Notes: generated from the letters alone by a model not told the origin. A stretch of 64,000 bases of DNA from an uncultured candidatus Porisulfidus sp. (GCA_965116025.1 OZ220480.1:1664001-1728000), one strand, 5' to 3'. Numbered from the stretch's first letter, positions 44,980 to 55,446 are shown. Numbers and translations are program-made.

Positions 44980-46005
44980 GTGTCGAGCAGGTTTTTCTGG
45001 AAAGTTCTCTGGGGCGGAGTGGCTCTCGCCCTGAACGGCTCCATCGCTAGCGGCGAAGTTCTGGATCTCCCGCAAAACGGAGATTCGGTGCTGGGAAATT
45101 CTTACGACATCACGACGAGCTACGGAGAAACGACTCTGATATTGGCCCAGTTGCATCAGATTGGATATCATGAGTTATTGTCGGCCAATCCAGATGTGCA
45201 TACGTGGATGCCTGGAGAAGGCGCACGAGTCCACATCCCCAGGCGATATATTCTACCGGGGGAGACTCGAACGGGCTTGGTGCTGAATCTCGCGGAATTG
45301 CGACTTTACTATTATGACCAAGATCCTGGCGGGAGATCACAGGTTCGAACCTATCCGATCAGTGCCGGACGGGTCGACTGGGTGACGCCCATCGGCAAGA
45401 CTCGAGTTCTGGACCGCCTTGAGAATCCAAACTGGTATCCACCGAAATCCGTTATTCTCGAGCACGAGGCGGCGGGGAGAGAACTGTCGAAGGTGGTGCC
45501 TCCGGGTAGCGACAATCCTCTTGGGCGGTATGCCCTGATGCTTGAGGCCGATGGCTATTTCATCCATGGAACGAACCGGGAGCAGGGTATCGGGATGAGA
45601 GTCACGCACGGATGCATTCGGCTACGCTCCGACGATATCGCCGAGTTGATCTACCGAGTTCCAATCAACACGCCGGTGGAAATCATCTCAATGCCGATCA
45701 AAGTCGGGCTATTGAATGGCATCGTCTACATGGAGGCGCACGCCAAGCCTTTGGAGGAGTTCCCGATGCCGGAGAAGAACCCGACGCTTGAGGAAACTGA
45801 TATTCTGCAGCCGATGCTCGCCTTGGAAGAGCAGTTACCCGCAGGGGAATACGTCATCTACTGGGAGAAAGTGATGGATATCGCGCGGCGCCGCCTCGGA
45901 GCGCCCGCCGCGGTAGGCTGGAATCGCGAGACGCTACAAGCGGCCGTTCCAGAGGGAAGGCCGGAATTGTTGTGGAGTCTGGACAAGCCCGAAGGCTCCA
46001 GTTAA
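44980..46005 (+). CDS. L,D-transpeptidase (ErfK/YbiS/YcfS/YnhG family)
   Basis: Signal peptide, NLAELRLYYY, NPLG..A, IHGTN..IGMRVTHGCIRL. Confidence 0.92.
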   Translation: MSSRFFWKVLWGGVALALNGSIASGEVLDLPQNGDSVLGNSYDITTSYGETTLILAQLHQIGYHELLSANPDVHTWMPGEGARVHIPRRYILPGETRTGLVLNLAELRLYYYDQDPGGRSQVRTYPISAGRVDWVTPIGKTRVLDRLENPNWYPPKSVILEHEAAGRELSKVVPPGSDNPLGRYALMLEADGYFIHGTNREQGIGMRVTHGCIRLRSDDIAELIYRVPINTPVEIISMPIKVGLLNGIVYMEAHAKPLEEFPMPEKNPTLEETDILQPMLALEEQLPAGEYVIYWEKVMDIARRRLGAPAAVGWNRETLQAAVPEGRPELLWSLDKPEGSS

Positions 46006-46037
46006 AGAAAAAGAGCCTGAAGCAGGCTCTTTTTCTT
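46005..46037. terminator. Bidirectional rho-independent terminator
   Basis: aagaaaaagagcctg-aag-caggctctttttctt between convergent genes. Confidence 0.88.
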
Positions 46038-46056
46038 GATGAGGCGATGCCGAATC

Positions 46057-46374
46057 TTACTTCTTCTGCATGTCGTGCATCATCGTGTTGAGGCGATGCG
46101 AATTCGCGTCGCAGCAGGAAATCGCCATCCGCGCCAACTCGTCAGCCGTCTTGGCCATCTCGTTAGCTTGGAACGCGATGTGATCCGCCGCTTTGGCCAT
46201 CCGCAACGCTTCATCCGCGGTCGACTGAGCCGCGCCCGCGGCCGCTTGGGCCTCGGCAACCTGAGAATCCAACGTTGCGAGGTGATCTTTGACCGCCTGA
46301 GGAACGCCGCATCCAGTGAGGAAGGCACCACTCAAGATAGCCCCGAAAGCTAATGCCTTTGCTTTGTTTTCCAT
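46057..46374 (-). CDS. Lpp/OprI-like alanine-zipper lipoprotein
   Basis: Lipobox FLTGC, Ala-rich heptads (AQSTADEALRMA), C-terminal MQKK. Confidence 0.82.
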   Translation of the reverse strand: MENKAKALAFGAILSGAFLTGCGVPQAVKDHLATLDSQVAEAQAAAGAAQSTADEALRMAKAADHIAFQANEMAKTADELARMAISCCDANSHRLNTMMHDMQKK

Positions 46375-47072
46375 ATCAACTCCAGAGTTGTGTTGTTTTG
46401 TTTTATAAGTGCACTTTTTGCGGCGCGTATCACTGATTATGCCATCAGCAGCAGGCACCGGCGGAGTGATTGTACAAACTTAATGGAAATATATCAACCG
46501 GCGCGTTGCTTGGAGGTTTCGGCGAAATTTGCGATATTCCATGAACGAGCGTTGGGATACGCTTGAAAGCATGCTCTTATGGGCAGGCATTGGCAAGGAA
46601 ATGAGGCCAGTGCGAAACCTTACCTTATTCGGAGAAGCGGAAAATGACTGGCGCGTTTCTTCGCATTTGCCAATCGCGTCAACCGCAAATCCAAGCGGAA
46701 ATAATGAGCCTTGAGGGTGTCCACCTTCCATGCGGCCGCGCGCCATTGATAAAATTTTGCTGAAAGTGCTCTGGTATCGTCCGAATCGAATCTGGACCGG
46801 TGTCGTTGGGTTGTCGAACCATGCAGTCAAAACAGGATGCGCCCGGCCGGTTTTTCGCTTGGGCGGGCTGAAGTTTCCGTGCTGGCGCGGTTTCGAGCCG
46901 CTTGGGCTGCTTTGCTGGCTGTTTCATTCGCATCCGCTTGGAGCGAGACGCGCCGAAATGATCGCTCACTATACTTCGCATAAGGAATATTATGTAAAGT
47001 TTTTAGTTTTTCAGGGCGCGGTCGCGCGCTTCTGCGGTACTATGGAGACGCGAACCGAAACCCAGTCAGACC

Positions 47073-47861
47073 ATGCGTATCTCTCTTCTTTCCGACACTC
47101 ATCAGAACTTTGGCGATTCCAGCGAATGGCCGTATCCACTGCCGGACCACGATGTCCTGGCGCTCGCCGGCGATATCTCGGAATACGTCGACCACGCCGT
47201 GAGCCTCAGCGCGGTTCTCGAGCACTATCGCTCGCGAACGGACCGCCCAATACTGTATCTGCCTGGGAACCACGAGTTTTATCACCAGGACTACGATCAG
47301 GCTCTGGACTGGATCCGGCGCGACACGGATCGGCTTGGCATCGAGTTTCTGAATTGCCGTAGCGTCCAATATGGCGACGTAGCGTTCCATGGATGCACTT
47401 TGTGGTCCGATTTCACGCTATTCGGAGCTGAGCAAGCGGACTTATTCGGGTTTCACGCCGAGCGATCAATTAACGATTTTCGCGTGATCAAATTCAAGAA
47501 CAGGTCTTTTCGCCGCGCTGACTGCGCTGGGCTGCATCGCCAGGAGCGCGCTTGGCTTGAGGGCTCCTTGGCTTCCACAAAGGCCCAGAGCAACGTGGTC
47601 ATCACGCATTTCGCGCCAGTTTCTCAATGCGTTCCCGCTCGCTACCAAGGGGATCGTTTGAATCCTTATTTCGTTGCTGGGTGCGAAGACATAGTGGCTC
47701 GCTTCGAGCCCGATTTCTGGCTATACGGCCATATCCACCAAGCTGCTGACTTCACGCTGGGAAAAACTAGATTTATTAATAATGCTCGATGTTATCCAAA
47801 TGAAAATTCAGGATATGACTTTGACCCAAACAAATTGATCGAGGTGGAGAATTCCGCCTAG
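47073..47861 (+). CDS. Calcineurin-like metallophosphoesterase
   Basis: SDTH, LAGDI, PGNHEFY, THFAP, YGHIH. Confidence 0.9.
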   Translation: MRISLLSDTHQNFGDSSEWPYPLPDHDVLALAGDISEYVDHAVSLSAVLEHYRSRTDRPILYLPGNHEFYHQDYDQALDWIRRDTDRLGIEFLNCRSVQYGDVAFHGCTLWSDFTLFGAEQADLFGFHAERSINDFRVIKFKNRSFRRADCAGLHRQERAWLEGSLASTKAQSNVVITHFAPVSQCVPARYQGDRLNPYFVAGCEDIVARFEPDFWLYGHIHQAADFTLGKTRFINNARCYPNENSGYDFDPNKLIEVENSA

Positions 47862-48625
47862 AGATATTCGTTCCGCAAGACTCCAATTCCCTCTATTTCC
47901 ACTTCCACGGTACAGCCGCGCGGCATCGGGCCAAGCCCGCTCGAAGTCCCGCAGCAAATCACGTCTCCCGGGTGCAGCGTCATATTCGCGGACAATCTTG
48001 AGACGATTTCCGCGGGCGACATTATCATGTCTGAAGCGGGATAACGCTGTCTCTCCTCGCCATCGACCCGGGTCACGATTTCCAAATCCCGGTAATCCAG
48101 GCCGGTCGCTACGACGGGCCCAAATACGCCGAAAGTGTCGAATCCTTTCGCCCGCGTCCACTGATCAAAGCCCGCGTATTCCTTCAGCAAGCTGAACGCG
48201 GTGACATCGTTGACGCAGGTATAGCCGAAAATAGCCCGTCTCGCCGTGTCCGGGGAAATTTCGCGCGCGGTTCGCCCGATGACGATCCCGACCTCGCCTT
48301 CATAAAATGCGTCTTCCTCAACTGATATCGGGTGCCGGATCCGCTCGCCGGTCGCCAGAAATGAGGAGTTCGCCTTGAACAGATATAGCGGGGTCTCCGG
48401 ATGCTGGAGCCCTTTCTCGTCGGCCAAGGCCCGGTAATTGTTCCAAAGCGCGGGCATTTTGCTTGGCGCGGTCGGGGTCAGCACGCGAATCGCGTCCAAT
48501 GCGACCGTCTCGCCCGTCAATTCTGGGGCCGCGAACATGTCGCCCTCCCCTACCAAGATGGTGGAATCCTCCAATTGACCGAAACCCGTTCGGCCACCTC
48601 GCTCGAAACGAACCCAGCGCGTCAT
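47858..48625 (-). CDS. Fumarylacetoacetate hydrolase family protein
   Basis: YEGEVG, GYTCVNDVTA, WTRAKGFDTF, LHPGDVI.CGT. Confidence 0.9.
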   Translation of the reverse strand: MTRWVRFERGGRTGFGQLEDSTILVGEGDMFAAPELTGETVALDAIRVLTPTAPSKMPALWNNYRALADEKGLQHPETPLYLFKANSSFLATGERIRHPISVEEDAFYEGEVGIVIGRTAREISPDTARRAIFGYTCVNDVTAFSLLKEYAGFDQWTRAKGFDTFGVFGPVVATGLDYRDLEIVTRVDGEERQRYPASDMIMSPAEIVSRLSANMTLHPGDVICCGTSSGLGPMPRGCTVEVEIEGIGVLRNEYL

Positions 48626-49593
48626 GCGTAAACGACTTGGCGCGCCGTTTCGCGTAAAGATCGAAGGGCCGACGCGGAAGAGTTAGGACAGGCGGTGGCC
48701 CGTCTCCACTCTTTCGCGCCTGGAACTCCCCGGAAGAGCCTCGCGATATGGCGCGTCATTCGAGCCAACGGAATCCCCTCCTCACATTGCTCTTCTAAAT
48801 ATGGCAAGTAAGCATCAAGCGCTTCCAGTGGCGTCTTTGGCGTTTCCGCTTCTGATTCTGGAAACAACGCCCTCTGGATCTTTCGAATCGCCCAGTGGTC
48901 CTCGCATGCCAACCGCCCGACCATCACCCCGTCGACTCGGGACAGGTGCATTCGCGCGTCCTCAATGGAATGAATACCGCCGTTGATCACGATGAATAAG
49001 TCCGGGAACTCGCGCTTCAACGCCCAGACTCGGTCGTAATTCAGGGGTGGAATCGCGCGATTCTGTCTTGGGTTAAGTTTGGAAAGCATGGCGACGCGCG
49101 CATGCACGTAAAACGTTCGGCAACCTGCGTCCGAAACGGTCTGAATGAATTTCGTCAGGGATTCCTCAGTGTCTTGCTGGTCCACGCCAATACGGCATTT
49201 CACCGTCACCGGCACTTGGGCTTTCGCCCGCATCGCGGCCACGCAATCCGCGACCCTGGCTGGCTCTTTCATAAGGCAAGCCCCGAAGCGTCCCGCGGAG
49301 ACGCGACCGCTTGGACAGCCAACATTCAGATTCACTTCGTCATAGCCATACTGCTGGGCGATTTCGGCGCAGAGAGCCAGCTCGTTCGGGTCGCTGCCTC
49401 CGAGCTGGAGCGCGACCGGTCGCTCGGCGGAATTGAATTTCAGCAAGGATTCGGCGTTCCCATGCAACATGGCCCCCGTTGTGACCATTTCGGTGAACAG
49501 CCAAGCGTGCGGCGACAGGATCCTCAGGAAATACCGAAAATGCCGGTCCGTGCGGTCCATCATCGGGGCAATGCAGAAAACTCGCTTGTACAT
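48622..49593 (-). CDS. dusA: tRNA dihydrouridine synthase A
   Basis: APMMDRTDRHFR, LQLGGSDP, NLNVGCPS, VHAR, INGGI. Confidence 0.94.
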   Translation of the reverse strand: MYKRVFCIAPMMDRTDRHFRYFLRILSPHAWLFTEMVTTGAMLHGNAESLLKFNSAERPVALQLGGSDPNELALCAEIAQQYGYDEVNLNVGCPSGRVSAGRFGACLMKEPARVADCVAAMRAKAQVPVTVKCRIGVDQQDTEESLTKFIQTVSDAGCRTFYVHARVAMLSKLNPRQNRAIPPLNYDRVWALKREFPDLFIVINGGIHSIEDARMHLSRVDGVMVGRLACEDHWAIRKIQRALFPESEAETPKTPLEALDAYLPYLEEQCEEGIPLARMTRHIARLFRGVPGAKEWRRATACPNSSASALRSLRETARQVVYA

Positions 49594-49800
49594 GGCGCTC
49601 CTTGGTGGCTAATTGTAGATCAACGCTTCAGGCGTGCTGTGTTATTGGAACTGCGCGACCTCCCTGACGACGTTCAGGGAGAAGCCGAAAATCCGGCAGC
49701 CCGGACTGGACCAGATGGCGCGATACGGCCATGTTGATCTGGACTCTATGGTCTTTCGTCTCGGAAAGCGTCCTTGGAATTCAGAGACTGTTCTATAGTA

Positions 49801-50760
49801 ATGCTCCACGCGAGATTTCCCTCTACAGTGAATCCCCCCTCTCCATTCGCGCTCCAGATCAAGGATCTCAGAAAGACTTACGCCAATGGCGTGGAGGCGT
49901 TGCGCGGGATTGACTTGGAAGTGAAGAGCGGAGATTTTTTCGCGCTCCTTGGGCCTAATGGCGCGGGAAAATCGACCGCTATCGGCATCATCTCCTCGCT
50001 GGTGACGTTTTCTGAGGGCTACGTTTCGATCTTCGGGCACGACATCATCCGCGAGTATGGGCCCGCTCGCGCCTGCCTAGGGTTGGTTCCGCAGGAATTC
50101 AATTTCAATCAATTCGACCGAATTGACGAGATCATCATGCACCAAGCCGGATATTACGGCATTCGCCGCAAGGACGCGGCAGAGCGAGCGCGAAGGCTTT
50201 TGGGACAATTCGACCTATGGGACAAACGCTCCGTAATGGCTCGCGAATTGTCAGGGGGCATGAAGCGGAGGCTGATGATCGCGCGGGCCATGGTGCATGA
50301 GCCGCCTCTCCTGATTCTGGACGAGCCGACCGCTGGGGTGGATCTGGAAATCCGCCATACTCTCTGGCGTTACCTTAAGGAAATTAATTCTCAAGGCACG
50401 ACCATCATCCTGACCACGCACTACCTCGAGGAGGCGGAGCAACTGTGTCGAACCATCGCGATAATATCCAACGGGCGAATTCGAGCCGACACGACCATGC
50501 GCGATCTTCTGGATCAACTTGATTCGGAGCATTTCGTGCTGTACTTGGACTCTCCCCTCTCCCGTTGTCCGCAAGTGGACGGCTATGCCCTGCACAGTCC
50601 CGATCCGCGCACGTTGGAGGCCACGATCAGCAAAGGCGCCGACCTGAGCCGCCTCTTCGACGAACTCAGTGGCCATGGCATAAAGGTCGTCAGCATGAAG
50701 AACAGGACCAACCGACTGGAGAAGCTTTTCCTGCAACTGGTCGGGCATCGTTTTGATTGA
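49801..50760 (+). CDS. yadG: ABC-2 transporter ATP-binding protein (YadG-like); start uncertain
   Basis: GPNGAGKST, LSGGMKRR, LDEPTAGVD, TTHYLEEAE. Confidence 0.9.
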   Translation: MLHARFPSTVNPPSPFALQIKDLRKTYANGVEALRGIDLEVKSGDFFALLGPNGAGKSTAIGIISSLVTFSEGYVSIFGHDIIREYGPARACLGLVPQEFNFNQFDRIDEIIMHQAGYYGIRRKDAAERARRLLGQFDLWDKRSVMARELSGGMKRRLMIARAMVHEPPLLILDEPTAGVDLEIRHTLWRYLKEINSQGTTIILTTHYLEEAEQLCRTIAIISNGRIRADTTMRDLLDQLDSEHFVLYLDSPLSRCPQVDGYALHSPDPRTLEATISKGADLSRLFDELSGHGIKVVSMKNRTNRLEKLFLQLVGHRFD

Positions 50761-50766
50761 GCACCC

Positions 50767-51540
50767 ATGCCGCTAAGACAGCAATTCATAGCCCTTCAGA
50801 GCCTCCTCATCCGGGAGTATCTGCGCTTCACGCGCATCTGGATCCAAACTCTCCTGCCACCGGCGATCACGACCGTTCTGTATTTCATTATTTTCGGGGA
50901 ACTGATCGGCTCGCAGTTGGCTGATATCGAAGGCTACCGCTATATGGACTATATCGCCCCCGGCTTGATTCTGATGTCCGTCATCACCAACGCTTACGCC
51001 AACGTGGTCTCCTCATTCTATAGCGCGAAATTTCAGCGCCATATCGAGGAACTGCTGGTCTCTCCCGTCCCAAACTACGTGATCTTGGCCGGTTTCGTCG
51101 GCGGCGGCATCATGCGCGGGCTGTCCGTAGGGTTGGTCGTCGCCGGAGTGACCATTTTCTTCGCCGAAATTCCTCTGTCTCATCCAGGCTTGATCTTAGG
51201 GGTTTCCGCGCTGACATGCGTTTTGTTCTCCCTCGCTGGGTTCATTAACGGTATTTACGCGAAGAGCTTCGATGATATCTCGATCATTCCAACGTTCGTC
51301 TTGACTCCCTTGACTTATCTGGGAGGAATTTTTTACTCGTTGGACATGCTTTCACCTTTTTGGCAGCAAGTTTCCCTGTTCAACCCGATCCTGCACATGA
51401 TCGGGCTGTTTCGTTATGGCTGGATGGACATCCAGGAAGTGGACGCGCTCAACTCCTTGCTTCTGATCATCGTGGTTATCGCGACGCTGGCGTTCGCGTG
51501 CTTGAGACTGCTCAAGCGTGGTACCGGAATTCGGTCTTGA
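50767..51540 (+). CDS. yadH: ABC-2 transporter permease (YadH-like)
   Basis: RIWIQTLLPP, PGLI.MSVITNAYANV.SSF, LTPLTYLGG.FYS. Confidence 0.9.
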   Translation: MPLRQQFIALQSLLIREYLRFTRIWIQTLLPPAITTVLYFIIFGELIGSQLADIEGYRYMDYIAPGLILMSVITNAYANVVSSFYSAKFQRHIEELLVSPVPNYVILAGFVGGGIMRGLSVGLVVAGVTIFFAEIPLSHPGLILGVSALTCVLFSLAGFINGIYAKSFDDISIIPTFVLTPLTYLGGIFYSLDMLSPFWQQVSLFNPILHMIGLFRYGWMDIQEVDALNSLLLIIVVIATLAFACLRLLKRGTGIRS

Positions 51541-51600
51541 ACGGAGCTTGATTCCTCGAACGGGTTTTTGCGCCCGGCACTCGAGAGCGAGCATGAAAGC

Positions 51601-51676
51601 TGGCGTCCCCAAGGGGATTCGAACCCCTGTTGCCGCCGTGAAAGGGCGGTGTCCTAGGCCTCTAGACGATGGGGAC
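51601..51676 (-). tRNA. tRNA-Glu (TTC)
   Basis: Reverse complement GTCCCCATCGTCTAGAGGCCTAGGACACCGCCCTTTCACGGCGGCAACAGGGGTTCGAATCCCCTTGGGGACGCCA; 76 nt, anticodon TTC, encoded CCA. Confidence 0.98.
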
Positions 51677-51811
51677 CGTGCGGTTAAACCCGCACTTTAG
51701 ACAAAAGCGCGAGATACGTCAAATCACCGGACAGGGATTTCCGCTTTCTTCGGGATGTCGCTGGACCCACTTGGAAAATCCCACGTTCCGGTCACGCCAT
51801 GGAACGTCCGG

Positions 51812-53212
51812 TCATGCGTTTGATATCGCGTCTCGCAAGCGTCGCAACGCGCGCTCCCTTCCGAGCAATACTAACGTATCCTCAATAGAGGGCGAGACCG
51901 TCCCTCCGGTCACGGCCACGCGTAGAGGCTGAGCGACCTTCCCGGGCTTGATCCCGCGCCGCTCCCATGTCGCTTTCACCAGGCGCCTCAGGGATTCCGC
52001 GGTCCAGTCGGCCCGTTTAATCTCTTCCGTCAGCTCGCGCAGAATGGCGAGAGAGTCTGGAGTCAGAAATTTCTCCTTCGCCTTTTCGTCCATTCCCAGA
52101 TCATCCAAGAGCATCCAGCGGCTTTGGGCAGCCATGTCCGCGACGTTGCGGCAGCGTTCGCGCTGGACCTCGACTAGCGCGTCGCGGGCCGAAGACTTCA
52201 GCGTGGCTGCACTTAGGCCTTGGCGAGCGCAATGCCATTCGAATTCCGCGTGGATCTCGCGGTCGGGCACGCGGCTCATCTGTTGCTGATTGACCCAGGC
52301 CATCTTTTTCGGGTCGACGCGGCTCGCGGCCGAATTCAGCCCGGACAGATCGAAACGTTGGATCAACTCCTCCACGGAAAAAATCTCATCGTCTCCATGC
52401 GCCCATCCTAGGCGCGCCAGGATGTTGACCATAGCCGTGGGGAGATACCCTCGCTCTCGATACTGAACCATGTTGGCGGCATCCTTCCGCTTTGACATTT
52501 TCTTCCCGTTCTCATCAAGAATGAGTGGCAAGTGCGTGTATTCCGGCGCTTTTCTTCCTAACGCGGAAAAGATATGGGCCTGGCGCGGGGTGTTGTTCAG
52601 GTGGTCGTCTCCTCGGATGACGCGCGTCACGCCCGAGTCCATGTCGTCCACCACGACGGCCAAATGATACGTCGCGCTCCCGTCCGCTCGAGCGATCACC
52701 AGGTCGTCCAGTTCGGAGTTGGAAAAGCGCAGCTCCCCTTTCAGGCTGTCCTGGATCACGACCTCGCCCTCAAGCGGGGTCTTGAAGCGAATGACCGACC
52801 GCGTCGAAAGCGGATTGCCCCGGTCTCGACAGTGGCGGTCATATCGCGGCTTGATTTTCTTCGCCATCTGCTCCTCCCGCAACCGCTGGAGGCGCTCCGG
52901 GGAACAGTCGCAATAGTACGCGTCTCCCTGGTCGACCAGTTGCTGAATGATTTCCCGGTATCTTTCCGACCTCCGCGACTGACGCGTCACCTCGCCATCC
53001 CAGTCCATGCCCATCCAGCGCAATATGGACATGATTTGGTGACGGTGCTCGTCCCGAGAGCGCTCTCGGTCGGTGTCCTCGATTCGCAAGACGAACTCCC
53101 CACCTTGATGTCGTGCATAAAGCCAGTTGTACAAAGCGGTGCGGGCTCCTCCCAAGTGCAGGGCCCCGGTCGGGCTGGGAGCGAACCGAGTGCGGACTAT
53201 GAAACTGGACAT
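51812..53212 (-). CDS. gltX: Glutamate--tRNA ligase
   Basis: RFAPSPTG.LHLGG, RIEDTD, RGDDH, KMSKR. Confidence 0.97.
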   Translation of the reverse strand: MSSFIVRTRFAPSPTGALHLGGARTALYNWLYARHQGGEFVLRIEDTDRERSRDEHRHQIMSILRWMGMDWDGEVTRQSRRSERYREIIQQLVDQGDAYYCDCSPERLQRLREEQMAKKIKPRYDRHCRDRGNPLSTRSVIRFKTPLEGEVVIQDSLKGELRFSNSELDDLVIARADGSATYHLAVVVDDMDSGVTRVIRGDDHLNNTPRQAHIFSALGRKAPEYTHLPLILDENGKKMSKRKDAANMVQYRERGYLPTAMVNILARLGWAHGDDEIFSVEELIQRFDLSGLNSAASRVDPKKMAWVNQQQMSRVPDREIHAEFEWHCARQGLSAATLKSSARDALVEVQRERCRNVADMAAQSRWMLLDDLGMDEKAKEKFLTPDSLAILRELTEEIKRADWTAESLRRLVKATWERRGIKPGKVAQPLRVAVTGGTVSPSIEDTLVLLGRERALRRLRDAISNA

Positions 53213-53309
53213 TTCGGGCGAATCGCGGAGATATGGAGAAAGCTAAAAATCGAGCGCCGATTCCAGATCGGATTGGTTCTGGCTTCGCGTTTGAAACGGT
53301 TCGGCGGGA

Positions 53310-54143
53310 TTATCCATAAATTTCCGTATAGCTCTGCACGAGATCGCCCTTGCGGAAGCCAGGAACCGAAGTTCCCGTATCACGCGCCAGGCGTTCATAG
53401 TCGAACGCGAGCAACCGATCCAGCGCTTTTCCGCTCGCCTGCAACAGCATCCATTGCTTGCTTTTCTCACAGGCTTCCGCCCGAGTTTCCCGGCGAGCGT
53501 AATTCTGCCATCCTTGGCAGGGCACCGCGAAACTGAATGGCGAATCAAAAACCTTCAGCGCCTCTTTCGTGTTGTTGTATTGACGCATCAAGAAATCCGG
53601 ATGCCTGATGGGCAGAGGGTTCGTTTGCCGAAGATCCCTCTCGACGTTCGCCCGCGTCCATATTTGAAAGATCGTGTTCACGTCGAAGGGTTTACCGTCC
53701 GCTAAGCGGAAAGCGTCCTTTGGCAATCTCATTTGCTTGGCGAGTTTCAGATCTTTTGGAAGTTTTTTGTGGATTGCGTGCTTGCGAAAGCACATCGGGA
53801 CGATGAACGCCACGGTGTCGGCGATCTCCGTGGCCTTGCGCAGGAAATCCACCGCGACGTTCCCGCGTTTCCCGAACGGAGGATTTCCAACCACCACTCT
53901 GGACGCGTTCCGCCCTCCACGCGGGCTCCATAGGAAAAAATCTCTTTTCATCAGTCCGCCACGCTTGGGATCTAGGTCAACGCCGACGCGTCTGTTTCTC
54001 GGCAACAGGTCATAGAAAGCTCCATCGCCTGCGGACGGCTCGATGAAATGCATATGGTCCCGCATTTCTCCAAGGTGCTCCAGCAACGCGTCGTAGCAAA
54101 GCCTCGCGTATTTTTCCTTCGTGTAGAACTGGTCGAGCGCCAT
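53310..54143 (-). CDS. Orphan amino-DNA methyltransferase (NPPF type)
   Basis: LDQFYT, SAM-binding FIEPSAGDGAF, catalytic VVGNPPFG. Confidence 0.82.
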   Translation of the reverse strand: MALDQFYTKEKYARLCYDALLEHLGEMRDHMHFIEPSAGDGAFYDLLPRNRRVGVDLDPKRGGLMKRDFFLWSPRGGRNASRVVVGNPPFGKRGNVAVDFLRKATEIADTVAFIVPMCFRKHAIHKKLPKDLKLAKQMRLPKDAFRLADGKPFDVNTIFQIWTRANVERDLRQTNPLPIRHPDFLMRQYNNTKEALKVFDSPFSFAVPCQGWQNYARRETRAEACEKSKQWMLLQASGKALDRLLAFDYERLARDTGTSVPGFRKGDLVQSYTEIYG

Positions 54144-54351
54144 GCTTTCCAAACCTCTGGTCGGTAATCCGCCACCGCGCACCTCGGCGGGCGTTATCTC
54201 TCATTTTATAGTTCCTTGCCAAGCTCCGTCGTCTAGCTTGAAACTGCGAAGGTTCGAGGGAGCGTTTGGCTTCGCGTTCTCTGCTTGGAAATTGGCGCTC
54301 GCCCACACGTGGCCGTCTATTAGAATGGGGCTTCGCATCACGCGCAAAGTT

Positions 54352-55446
54352 ATGTTTCTCGACGCGTACGAAGAGCAAATCGCCCGGAGGAGGTACACGG
54401 CCGACCCGGCGCAACAGGCGGCCGCCCGGCAGTTCCAGCGCGTGTTCGATCATCTCACGCGCAACTCTCGCGCCAAGGCATTGATCAAGGATCGGCTACG
54501 GCGGTTGAAATCCAACCCGGATGAATCGACCGCGGGCCTGTGGCTGTGGGGTTCGGTTGGAAGTGGAAAGACGTACCTGATGGATATGTTTTTTCACTCT
54601 TTGCCTTTGCGCAAGAAGCGACGCTTGCACTTCCATCGCTTCATGCGGCAAATCCACCATGAGCTCGAGGGTCTGCGAAATCGGCGCGACCCCGTCGATC
54701 TCATCGCCGCCCAGATGGCGAAACGATATCGCGTCCTCTGCATCGATGAGTTTTTCGTCTCGGATATCACGGACGCCATGATCTTGGGGGGATTGCTAGA
54801 AGGCATGTTTCGGCGGCGGGTCACCGTGGTGGCCACCTCCAATTCGGCTCCAGATGACCTTTACGCGGGCGGGTTGCAGAGAGAGCGATTCCTACCCGCG
54901 ATCAATCAGATCAAGAAGCGCATGATGGTATACGAGCTAGCGACCTCCCGCGATTATCGTCTGCAGCATCTCGACCAGACCAAGACCTATTGCGTCACCG
55001 GTAACGGAACCGCGGAGGCCACGCTCGAGGATCATTTTCGGCATATGGCTTCCGATCTGGTGCGCGACCAGACGACGATCGAGGTCGAGGACCGGACCAT
55101 TCCGGTCAAGCGTCTGTCGCACGATGCCATTTGGTTCGATTTTAACGATCTGTGCCAATCGCCGCGTTGCGTTCGCGACTACATATCGATCGCGCGATGC
55201 TTCCACACCGTGCTGGTTTCCGGCGTCCCGACGTTCGATTCCTCGATGGAGGACAGCGCCCGGCGCTTCATCGAGATGATCGACGAGTTCTATGATCGCA
55301 ACGTGACCTTGATCGTTTCCGCCGCCGCCGAGCCGGATAAGTTGTACCGAGGAAAACGCCTGCGGCGCGAATTCGAGCGGACCGCGAGCCGTTTGCATGA
55401 GATGCGCGGCCACGCGTACTTGGGCCGCTCGCGTCGTCTCCATTAG
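54352..55446 (+). CDS. zapE: Cell division ATPase ZapE (AFG1 family)
   Basis: WGSVGSGKTYLMD, HFHRFM, IDEFFVSDI.DAM, TSN..P..LY.GGLQR, RT.SRL.EM. Confidence 0.95.
   Translation: MFLDAYEEQIARRRYTADPAQQAAARQFQRVFDHLTRNSRAKALIKDRLRRLKSNPDESTAGLWLWGSVGSGKTYLMDMFFHSLPLRKKRRLHFHRFMRQIHHELEGLRNRRDPVDLIAAQMAKRYRVLCIDEFFVSDITDAMILGGLLEGMFRRRVTVVATSNSAPDDLYAGGLQRERFLPAINQIKKRMMVYELATSRDYRLQHLDQTKTYCVTGNGTAEATLEDHFRHMASDLVRDQTTIEVEDRTIPVKRLSHDAIWFDFNDLCQSPRCVRDYISIARCFHTVLVSGVPTFDSSMEDSARRFIEMIDEFYDRNVTLIVSAAAEPDKLYRGKRLRREFERTASRLHEMRGHAYLGRSRRLH

Noticed and set aside
47073-47861. Metallophosphoesterase as part of a defence system
   Set aside because: Stand-alone gene with no ATPase, nuclease or other partner nearby.
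51601-51676. tRNA-Glu as an integration site
   Set aside because: Flanked by core genes; I saw no integrase and no duplicated tRNA 3' end.
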